A stretch of 10,317 nt of DNA, from assembly GCA_963822945.1 (NCBI GenBank), contig CAWGJO010000009.1, forward strand, positions 1 to 10,317, written 5' to 3'. The position numbers and the translations under genes were made by a program. Positions 1 to 7,900 of this stretch are shown here, in pieces (the first letter of the stretch is position 1; the number at the start of each line of letters is the position of its first letter). The stretch is from an uncultured Gemmatimonadaceae bacterium (lineage in GTDB: Bacteria > Gemmatimonadota > Gemmatimonadetes > Gemmatimonadales > Gemmatimonadaceae). The notes beneath the pieces were generated by a model. It searched no databases. It was not told where the DNA came from and was given only the letters and a program-made list of their open reading frames with translations.

Positions 1-321
1 TGGATGCTCGTGCCCGACCCGAAGGCCAAGGCGGGCGTCGTGCGGGCGCGCGCGATCGACGGGTGGGGCAGCCTCAAACCCGGGCGCAGCTCGTGGCGCC
101 GCACGCGCGAAGGGTACGAACTCCGGATCGAGGTGCCGATGCGCGAGCCCCTTCAGGTGGGGAGCGATCTGGCGCTCGACGTGCTCGTCAACGAGACGGC
201 GCCCGGCCGCGAGCGGCGCCGGGGGCAGCTCATCCTGAGCGGGCCCGACGGCGAATTCGTGTACCTGCGCGGCGACCGCCACGATCCGGCCCGGCTGTTG
301 CACTTCACCGTCGTCACGTGA
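1..321 (+). CDS. 3' end of an uncharacterised protein (5'-truncated); beta-rich C-terminal domain, possibly carbohydrate-binding (CBM9/DOMON-like)
   Basis: The frame is open from the window edge to TGA 319-321 with GC3-rich codons, and the stop overlaps the next start (GTGA). The pattern 'GYELRIEVP...LALDVLVNE...RRGQLILSG...YLRGDRHD' suggests a beta-sandwich. The family assignment is a guess. Confidence 0.6.
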   Translation, partial: WMLVPDPKAKAGVVRARAIDGWGSLKPGRSSWRRTREGYELRIEVPMREPLQVGSDLALDVLVNETAPGRERRRGQLILSGPDGEFVYLRGDRHDPARLLHFTVVT

Positions 322-1064
322 CCGCATCGCGCCTGCATCACGTGCGGGTCGTCCTGTACGAGCCGCAGGATCCCGTGAACATCGCCGCCACGGTGCGGGC
401 GATGAAGAACATGGGCGTCGGCACTCTGCATCTGGTGCGCCCGGTGGCCTACGATCCGGTCCGCCTCGAAGGCATCGCCCACAATACCCGCGACGTCATC
501 GATCGGATGGCGCACTTCGACGATTTCGATGCCGCCATCGCCGGCTGCGTGCGCGTGGTCGGGTTCACCGCGCGTCGCCGTGCGGCGCGGTGGGCGGTGA
601 CCACGCCGCGCGACGAAGCGGCGGTTTCCCTCGCCGCGGCGGCCGACGGTCCCGTGGCCTACGTGTTCGGCCGCGAGGACAGCGGCCTGCCCAACGACAT
701 CCTCGACCGCGTCCACGCGGCCGTCATGATCCCCACCACCGAGCACGCCTCCCTCAATCTGGCGCAGGCCGTCCTGGTGGGCGTCTACGAACTCCATCTG
801 GCCGCCCAGCATGCGACCCGCGACGTCGCGCCGCCGCGCAAGGCGGCGCCGCCGCCAACGCCCGAACAGTTCGAGCAGTACTTTGCCGATGTCGAGCGCT
901 CGCTCGACGCCATTGAATTCTTCAAGACGCGCGTGTCGGAGCACATCATGCGCACGGTGCGATCGCTCACCTACCGCGCCGCGCCCGATGCCCGCGAACT
1001 CTCGCTCATCCGCGCCATGGCCCTCGAGGTCGTGAACTACCTCCGCCGCATCGGGCGGTCTTGA
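318..1064 (+). CDS. trmJ: SPOUT-family RNA methyltransferase, TrmJ/LasT type (tRNA C32/U32 2'-O-methyltransferase-like), 248 aa
   Basis: Motifs 'VRVVLYEPQDPVNIAATVRAMKNMG', 'GFTARRR', 'VFGREDSGLPN' and 'SLNLAQAV', plus a C-terminal helical domain typical of TrmJ. The start is GTG 318, overlapping the upstream TGA. The ORF-track extension to 63 is an off-frame overlap with the preceding gene. Confidence 0.85.
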   Translation: MTASRLHHVRVVLYEPQDPVNIAATVRAMKNMGVGTLHLVRPVAYDPVRLEGIAHNTRDVIDRMAHFDDFDAAIAGCVRVVGFTARRRAARWAVTTPRDEAAVSLAAAADGPVAYVFGREDSGLPNDILDRVHAAVMIPTTEHASLNLAQAVLVGVYELHLAAQHATRDVAPPRKAAPPPTPEQFEQYFADVERSLDAIEFFKTRVSEHIMRTVRSLTYRAAPDARELSLIRAMALEVVNYLRRIGRS

Positions 1065-1088
1065 CGCCCGATCCCGGGCCGACATTCT
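1061..1088 (+). promoter_or_regulatory. Putative sigma70-type promoter, possibly giving a leaderless transcript for the aminotransferase
   Basis: TTGACG (1061-1066), a 16-nt spacer, then CATTCT (1083-1088). ATG 1097 follows 8 nt later with no Shine-Dalgarno. Confidence 0.35.
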
Positions 1089-1096
1089 TCATTCCC

Positions 1097-2421
1097 ATGG
1101 TCTTCAAACGACTCTTCGATCGCGGCTCGGCCGCTGATCCCGCCCGACGGACGCCGCCACCGAGGTGGATGATACGCCGGACGACGACACGCTGACGCCC
1201 GAAGACGACAGCGAACTCCCCGAGGAAGCCCCCGATCTCGGATGGACGGCGCGGGCCGCCTCCGTCATTGCCGGCGGCGCGTCCACCGGCAGCAAGCGCC
1301 CGGCCGGACTCTACGGCACCGACACTCCGTCGGCGCCGACGCACTTCGTCCATGCGTCGGGCTGCCACGTGGTCGCCGACGACGGCGAGACCTACATGGA
1401 CTGCACGATGGCACTCGGCGCGGTGGCGCTGGGCTATGCCGAGCCCAACGTCACGCGCTCCGTCCTCGACGCCATCGGGGGTGGGCACGTATCCGGTCTC
1501 AACAGCACACTCGAGGTCGCGGTGGCCGAACGATTGTGCGGCATCATCCCGTGCGCCGAGCAGGTTCGCTTCATGAAGACCGGCGCCGAAGCCACCTCGG
1601 CCGCCGTCCGCATCGCGCGCACGTATACTGGGCGTGATGTCGTGGTGGCGTCGGGCTACCTGGGCTGGCACGACTGGGCGAGCGACGCCGCCGGCGTGCC
1701 CGAGGGGGCGCGCCGCGAGGTGATCCGCGTGCCGTTCGACGACGTCGCGGCGCTCGAAGCGGCGGTCGCCACGGCGGGCGACCGGCTGGCTGCCGTGATC
1801 CTGGAACCGGTGGTCGAGCGGCTGCCGTCCGAGGCATGGATTGCCCGCGCGCGACAACTGTGCGATGAGAAGGGCGCCGCCCTGATATTCGACGAGATGA
1901 AGACGGGCTTTCGGTTGGCGCCGGGCGGCTACCAGGAAGTGTTGGGCGTGACGCCCGATCTCGCGACCTTCGGCAAGGCGATGGCCAACGGATTTCCGCT
2001 GGCTGCGGTTTGCGGGCGCCAGGACCTCATGGACGCCGCGAACCGCACCTGGATCTCCACCACGCTCGCCGGCGAGGCGGGCGCGCTCGCCGCCGCGCTC
2101 GCGGTCATCGAGTGGCACGTCCAGGCCGACGTGTGCGACGCGCTGGCCACCAACGGCGCCGAAATGCGGCGCGTGGTGTCGGCGGCCATCGCCGCCAGCG
2201 GCGTCGAAGGCGTTGCGCTCGACGGGCTCGATCCCATGTGGTTCCTGCGCTTCGACGACCCCGCGGTGGAATCCGACTTCCTCCAGCGCGCCATGACCCA
2301 CGGCGTGCTCTTCAAGCGTGGGGCCTACAACTACGCGTGCGTGGCGCACGACGACGAGGCCGTCCGCGCCATCGAGGCGGCGGCCAGCCGCGCCCTGGTC
2401 GAGATGCGCGAGGGCGTGTGA
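1097..2421 (+). CDS. Class-III PLP-dependent aminotransferase (glutamate-1-semialdehyde aminomutase-like), about 441 aa after correcting one -1 frame change near 1144
   Basis: Motifs 'GCHVVADDGETYMDCTMALGAVALGY', 'VRFMKTGAEATSAAVRIARTYTGR', 'AAVILEP', 'LIFDEMKTGFR' and 'DLATFGKAMANGFP' (PLP Lys codon 1975-1977). ATG 1097 gives MVFKRLFDRGSAADPA, which joins PTDAATEVDD if one C is added at 1143-1145. Otherwise the start is GTG 1165. Confidence 0.85.
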
Positions 2422-3297
2422 CCGCGGCCGTTGACGCCCCGCCGCTCGCTGGACCCAGCCGCTCATCGACGCCCATGCCCACTTCTGGCACGCGGGCAGT
2501 GGACGGTCCGACTGGGACGCGGTGAACGCCGCACGCCTGCGGGCGGGCGATCGCATCGGCATCTGGTACCACGTGGCATCGGTGCTCGGCAGCTGGGGCT
2601 TCTCGTCGCCGGTCTACTTCCCGTCGCCGCGCGACGTGAGCGCCGGCAACGACGCCATGCTCAATTTCGCCGACGCGCACGCCGACCGCGTACGCGCGTA
2701 CGCCACCGTCAATCCGAACCACACGGCGCACGCCGTGGAGGAGATCGAACGCTGCGTGGCCCGCGGCGCCGTCGGCGTGAAGCTTGCCGCCAGCCGCCGG
2801 GCCAGCGATCCGCTGCTCGATCCGGTGTGCGAGGCGGCGGCCCGCCACGGGCTCCCGGTGCTGCACCACATCTGGCAGCACCGCACCCGCGAGTGGCCGT
2901 CGCAGGAGATCTCCGACGGGCTGGACCTCGCCGAACTCGCGCGCCGGCACCCGACGGTGTCGTTCATCCTCGCGCACATCGGCGGGGGCGGCGACTACAT
3001 GCACACCTTCGCGGCCATCGCCGACGTCCCGAACATCCTCGCGGATCTCTCGGGCAGCGGCGTGGACCGCGGCATGCTCGATGAAGCGGTTCTCCGGTTG
3101 GGAGTCGACCGGCTCATCTGGGGGAGCGACGTGACCATGGAGACCGGGCTCGCCAAGCTGATGGGCTTCGAAGCCATCCGGCTGACGCCCGATGACGTGC
3201 GCGGATCCGCGCCGACAATGCGGTGCGCATCTTCCCGCCCGGCAGCTTCGGCCGCGTCGAGCACGCGTCGTCGCACCCCGCGCCGGGGCCCGCATGA
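2418..3297 (+). CDS. Amidohydrolase-family (Amidohydro_2-like TIM barrel) metallo-hydrolase, about 293 aa after correcting two -1 frame changes (about 2456 and 3199)
   Basis: HxH motif 'LIDAHAHF' (2462-2485, upstream of the ORF-track start), plus 'GAVGVKL', 'GLPVLHH', 'ILAHIGGG' and 'LIWGSD'. The C-terminal 'RIRADNAVRIF' lies in another frame and ends at TGA 3295-3297. Start GTG 2418 overlaps the upstream stop, and the stop overlaps the next ATG (ATGA). Confidence 0.8.
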
Positions 3298-4055
3298 TCG
3301 ACGTCAACGCGCTCATTGGGCCGTATCCATTCCGCTACGTGCCGCATCCGGATCCCGAGGTACTCGTGCGCGTGTTGGAGCGCGAACGGTTGACCGGCGC
3401 GTGGGTGGGCCACCTGCCGAGCGCGTTCTACCGGGATCCTTCCGCCGGCAACGCGCAGCTCTACACCGCCGTCGCCCCACACGCGCCGGTCCTGCGACCC
3501 GTGCCCACCATCCGTCCCAACTGGCCGCGCTGGGAGCGCGCGCTCCGCGCCGCGGCGGACGCCGGCGCGCCCGCGGTGCGCGTGTATCCCACCATTTGGG
3601 AGATGGGCCCGCACGATGCCCGGCTCTCCGAGTTCGCGATCGCCTGCGGAGAGTCCCGCCTGGCGCTCCTGCTCACCGTGCGATTCGAGGACCTGCGCCA
3701 GCGGCATCCGCTGGACCGGGCCGGCGACCTCACCGCGGCGGCCATCCGGACACTGGCCAGGGCAGGGGAGCGGGTGCGGCTCGTCGTCACCGCGGCCGGG
3801 CGCGAACTGATCGAGGAAGTGCACTGGGGGCTTACCCCGGCGGAGCAACAGCGCGTCGTCTGGGACATTTCCTGGATCTGGGGTCCGCCCGAAGACCACC
3901 TCGCCAAGCTGTTCGACACGATCGGCCCCGGCCGCTTCGTATACGGCACGCACTGGCCGCTGCGGCTCACGCAGAATCCGCGGGCGAATCTGGCGCTGCT
4001 GCCGGACGATCGCGCACCGGCGGGGCTCGCCGATCCCGAGCAGTTGTTCGGGTGA
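3294..4055 (+). CDS. Amidohydrolase-fold protein with degenerate metal-binding motifs, 253 aa
   Basis: Starts 'MIDVNALIGPYPFR' at ATG 3294 (ATGA overlap). Barrel landmarks are 'PVPTIRPNWP', 'AVRVYP', 'VVWDISW' and 'GRFVYGTHWP'. It has NAL in place of HxH and H in place of the usual GSD/GTD Asp. Confidence 0.78.
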   Translation: MIDVNALIGPYPFRYVPHPDPEVLVRVLERERLTGAWVGHLPSAFYRDPSAGNAQLYTAVAPHAPVLRPVPTIRPNWPRWERALRAAADAGAPAVRVYPTIWEMGPHDARLSEFAIACGESRLALLLTVRFEDLRQRHPLDRAGDLTAAAIRTLARAGERVRLVVTAAGRELIEEVHWGLTPAEQQRVVWDISWIWGPPEDHLAKLFDTIGPGRFVYGTHWPLRLTQNPRANLALLPDDRAPAGLADPEQLFG

Positions 4056-4168
4056 CGTGCTCAGTGCCAACCGGGTCTGGCCGGGTGAGAGAATGTTTTC
4101 GTAGTAATTGTCTCTCAATACTTGCGCGAATTGGCCAACGCAGTGAGATTTTTTCGTCGCCCGCAGAC

Positions 4169-4186
4169 TTGTGAAATAGTTCACAA
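4169..4186. promoter_or_regulatory. Perfect palindromic operator TTGTGAA-ATAG-TTCACAA (Rex consensus; also contains the CRP-family TGTGA-N6-TCACA)
   Basis: Read directly from the sequence, 62 nt upstream of the actA ATG in an AT-richer intergenic region. A further half-site TTCACAA sits at 4200-4206. Confidence 0.8.
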
Positions 4187-4223
4187 AGCACTCACCCGCT
4201 TCACAAGCCGCCCGTACCCAACG

Positions 4224-4232
4224 TGATACCCT
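4224..4232 (+). promoter_or_regulatory. Candidate extended -10 element (TGaTACCCT) for the act operon
   Basis: Matches TGnTAnnnT and predicts +1 near 4238-4239, about 10 nt before ATG 4249. There is no good -35 and no Shine-Dalgarno. Confidence 0.3.
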
Positions 4233-4248
4233 TCCGCACCACATCGCG

Positions 4249-4926
4249 ATGACCAAGCGAAGGAAGTGGACCGCCATTCCGGGGCTGGTCGCTCTGGCCG
4301 CCGGCGCCGTGATCCTCTCCGCCTACAGCGGCGCGTCATCCTCGCAGAACAGTTCGCCGACGCAACCGATCGCATTTCCGCACTCGGTCCACGTTGGAAA
4401 GCTCGGCATCAACTGCATCTACTGCCATTACACGGCCAACAAGTCGCCCGACCCCGGATTCCCGGCGGTCTCGACCTGTATGGGGTGTCACACGCTGATC
4501 GGTCCCGATCGGCCCGCCTCCGATCTCGGCCCGAAGCGCAAGAGCGTCGGCATTCAAAAGCTTTGGGAATACGCCGGGCTCACCGGCAAGCCCGCGAAAC
4601 CGATTCCCTGGATCCGCATTCACAAGCTCCCCGAGTACGTGCACTTCCCGCACATGCGCCACGTCAACGCGGGCGTCACCTGCCAGACCTGCCACGGCCC
4701 CATCCAGACCGAGGACAAGGTCTACCAGTATGCCTCGCTGAACATGGGCTGGTGCGTGAACTGCCACGTCAACGGATACGACCCGAAGCAGGGCGAGCAG
4801 ATGGTGGAGATGGTGCCCAACGGGCACGGTGGGGCCGAGCTTCCGGCGGCTGATCAGAATGTCACGGCCACGCCCGACTCCCTGCGCAAGAAAGCGCGTT
4901 ACGACTGTTCCGTCTGTCACTACTGA
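4249..4926 (+). CDS. actA: Alternative Complex III pentaheme cytochrome c subunit ActA (cytochrome c3 family), 225 aa
   Basis: N-terminal hydrophobic anchor, 'PTQPIAFPHSVH' and 'IPWIRIHKLPEYVHFPHMRH'. Five CxxCH motifs: CIYCH 4414, CMGCH 4477, CQTCH 4681, CVNCH 4753 and CSVCH 4906, with a terminal CxxCHY. It is the first gene of an actABCDE array. Confidence 0.93.
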   Translation: MTKRRKWTAIPGLVALAAGAVILSAYSGASSSQNSSPTQPIAFPHSVHVGKLGINCIYCHYTANKSPDPGFPAVSTCMGCHTLIGPDRPASDLGPKRKSVGIQKLWEYAGLTGKPAKPIPWIRIHKLPEYVHFPHMRHVNAGVTCQTCHGPIQTEDKVYQYASLNMGWCVNCHVNGYDPKQGEQMVEMVPNGHGGAELPAADQNVTATPDSLRKKARYDCSVCHY

Positions 4927-4928
4927 TT

Positions 4929-7900
4929 ATGAGCAAGTCCAACGTGAACGAGTCGAAGAAGAGCGGCGTCAAGCGCCGGGACTTCCTGAAGATCCTCGGC
5001 GTGTCGGGCGCCGCGGTCGGCGCGGCCGGCTGCACCCCCGAGAACGCGGGGAAACTGATTCCCTACCTAGTCTCGCCCGACGAGACCGTCCCCGGCGTGT
5101 CCACGTACTACGCGACGACCTGCCGCGAGTGCGCGGCGGCGTGCGGCGTGATCGCCGAGACGCGCGACGGCCGGACGATCAAGCTCGAGGGGAACCCGGA
5201 CCATCCGCTCAGCCGCGGCGCCATCTGCGCCCGCGGACAGTCGGCCCTGCAGGCGCTCTACAATCCCGACCGCCTGCGCACGCCGATGGTGAAGAAGAAC
5301 GGCAGCTGGCAGCCCATCGCCTGGAACGACGCCCTCACGATGGTCAGCCAGAAGCTCGGCGAGGTGCGCAGCCGCCAGTCGGCGGGCGACGCCGTCTTCC
5401 TCAATCAGCACGAGAGCGGCAGCTTCCCCGAGTTCCTCGACCAGTGGCTCGCGGCGTTCGGCATGAAGCCCCACCTCAGTGTGGACTTCGAGGCCGACCA
5501 GGCGGTGCTCGAGGCCAACCGCCGGAGCTACGGCGTGTCGTGGCCGCGCGTCAGCTTCGCCGAGGCGCAGCTCGTCATCTCGTTCGGCGCCGACTACCTC
5601 GACGGCTGGGGCGCCTCGGTGCCGCAGCAACTCGACTTCGCCGACGCGCGCACCAACTTCGCCACCGCGCCGCGCGTGGTCTACATCGGCCCGCGGCGCT
5701 CGCTCACGGGGCTCAACTCCGATCAGTGGATCGCCTGCAAGCCGGGCAGTGAACTCGCCATCGCGCAGGCGCTGCTCGGCGCCGTCGGGCGCGGGGGCAC
5801 GAGCATCGCGCAGGCCGCCGCCGCGAGTGGCGTGAACGCCGACGTGCTCGGCGCGCTGGCCCGGGACCTCGCCGCCGCCAAGCCGAGCCTCGTGCTCTCC
5901 GGCGTCCGCACCGACAACGCCCTCGACGTGGCGATGACGGTGGCCGAGATCAACAAGGCCGCCGGCAATGTCGGCAAGACGGTGCATCCCGATCAGCCGC
6001 TCACGGCGTTCGAGGGCGTCTCGCGCTACTCGGAGCTGGCCGACGCGGTCGACCGCATGCGCAGCGGCGCGGTGCCCGTGGCCATGGTCCGCGGCACCAA
6101 CCCGGCGTACTACCTGCCCAAGTCGGTCGGATTCGCCGAGGCGTTCGCCAAGGTGCCGTTCAAGGTGGCGTTCGCCACGCAACCCGACGAGACCGTCGAG
6201 TTGTGCGACCTGATCCTGCCCGACCTGCACGCACTCGAGAACTGGGGCGACGCGCAGCCGATCAAGGGCACGCTGTCGCTGCAGCAGCCCGCCATGGATC
6301 CGGTGTTCCGCGAGACCCGCGCGGCGGGCGACGTCATGCTGGCGCTGGCGCAGAAGGATCCGGCGGTGGCGTCGCGCTTCCCGCAGAAGGACTATCGCGC
6401 GTGGGTCATGGCGCACTTTGCCGGCGGACCGGCGGCGTTCGCGGCCGGGCTTCCCAAGGGCATCGTCAGCGGGAGCATGCCGGTGCGGTCCGTGCGGTCG
6501 GCGGCGCCGGGTTCGTCCAAGGCGCCGGCGCTCGAGTCGGCCACGGGTGACTTCTATCTGATGACGTACCCGCATCCGCTGTTCGGCGACGGCCGCGGCG
6601 CCAACAAGCCGTGGCTGCAGGAACTCCCCGATCCGGTAGCGAAGATCGTCTGGAGTTCGTGGGTCGAGATGCACCCCGAGACGGCGACCAAGATGGGGAT
6701 CGAGCGCGGCGACATCGTCGAGGTCCGGACATCCGGCGGTTCGATCAAGGCGCCGGCATATCTGTACCTCGGCGTGCGTCCCGACACCATCGCCATTGCG
6801 TTGGGCCAGGGGCACCGCTCGGCGCCGACCGCGGCGAGTTGGGATCCGTGCAGCAGGACGCCACGAAGACATTCAGTGGGGGTACGGCCGGTACGCGCGC
6901 GGCGTGGGCGTGAACCCGTTCGATATCGTGCCGGCAGCGGCCGACGCGGCCGGTGGCTCCGTGTGGACCTCCACCAAGGCGTCGCTCACCAAGACGGGCG
7001 ACCACGAGATGATCCCCTCCACCGAGGGCTCGGCGGCCACCGGCCGCGGATCGCGCAGGCGATCTCGATCACCGATCTGCTCGGCGGCCACGCCGAGGAG
7101 AAGCCCGAGGCGCCGCTGCCCGGCGACGCGTCGCACGAGTACCTGCCCGGCATGCGCGCGCCCGTGGCCGCCGACGCGCAGGGTGAAATCGGCGCGCCGA
7201 CGGCGGCCGATTCCGGCACGCATCTCGGGATGTACGATCCCAAGAATCCGTTGGGCATGGCCAAGCGCCGCTGGGCGATGACCGTGGACCTCTCGCGCTG
7301 CACCGGGTGCTCGGCGTGCGTCACCGCGTGTTACGCCGAGAACAACATTCCCACGGTGGGCGCCCACTGGCAGAACGCCAGCGTGTACGCCGTGCAGAAG
7401 ACGGGCTACAACGTGGTCCGCGGCCGCGAGATGAACTGGATTCGCATCGAGCGGTACTTCGAGGGCGACCCCGACGCCAAGTTCGGCGAGGAGTTCGAGG
7501 CCCGCGTGGTGCCGATGATGTGCCAGCAGTGCGGCAACGCGCCGTGCGAGCCGGTGTGTCCGGTGTTCGCCACCTACCATTCGCCGACGGACTCAACATC
7601 CAGGTCTACAACCGGTGCGTGGGCACGCTCTCTGCTCCAACAACTGCCCGTACAAGGTCCGCTACTTCAACTGGTTCGGCTACGGCGAGAAGGACGAGCC
7701 GGCAGTACGCGTTCCCCGAGCCGCTCAACTGGCAGCTCAACCCCGACGTGACCGTGCGCGGCAAGGGCGTCATGGAGAAGTGCACGTTCTGCGTGCAGCG
7801 CATCCGCGAGGCCGAGAGCCGGGCCAAGCTCGAGCATCGCGAGCTGATCCCCGACGAGTTCACGACGGCGTGCGCGGCCAGTTGCCCGTCGCGGGCCATC

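Noticed and set aside
63..317. N-terminal 85-aa extension of the methyltransferase in the ORF track
   Set aside because: It is an Arg/Ala-rich off-frame read of the upstream gene. The SPOUT domain begins right after GTG 318, which overlaps the upstream stop.
1097..2421. Calling the aminotransferase hemL because it lies near a heme-rich complex
   Set aside because: It lacks HemL hallmarks such as SPVRAF and YHGH, and a regulatory spacer separates it from the act operon. Only the class-III assignment is supported.
4056..4100. Intrinsic terminator after the second amidohydrolase
   Set aside because: Only a weak CCGG...CCGG pairing is present, with no adjacent U-tract.
4131..4147. Sigma54 promoter at TTGGCCAACGCAGTGAG
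   Set aside because: The GG is present, but the conserved -12 GC is not at the required spacing (GA is found instead).
2522..4174. 550-aa ORF suggesting a long or fused amidohydrolase
   Set aside because: It is an artefact of the -1 change near 3199. Past that point it is off-frame over the second amidohydrolase gene, and it also omits the HxH motif upstream of 2522.
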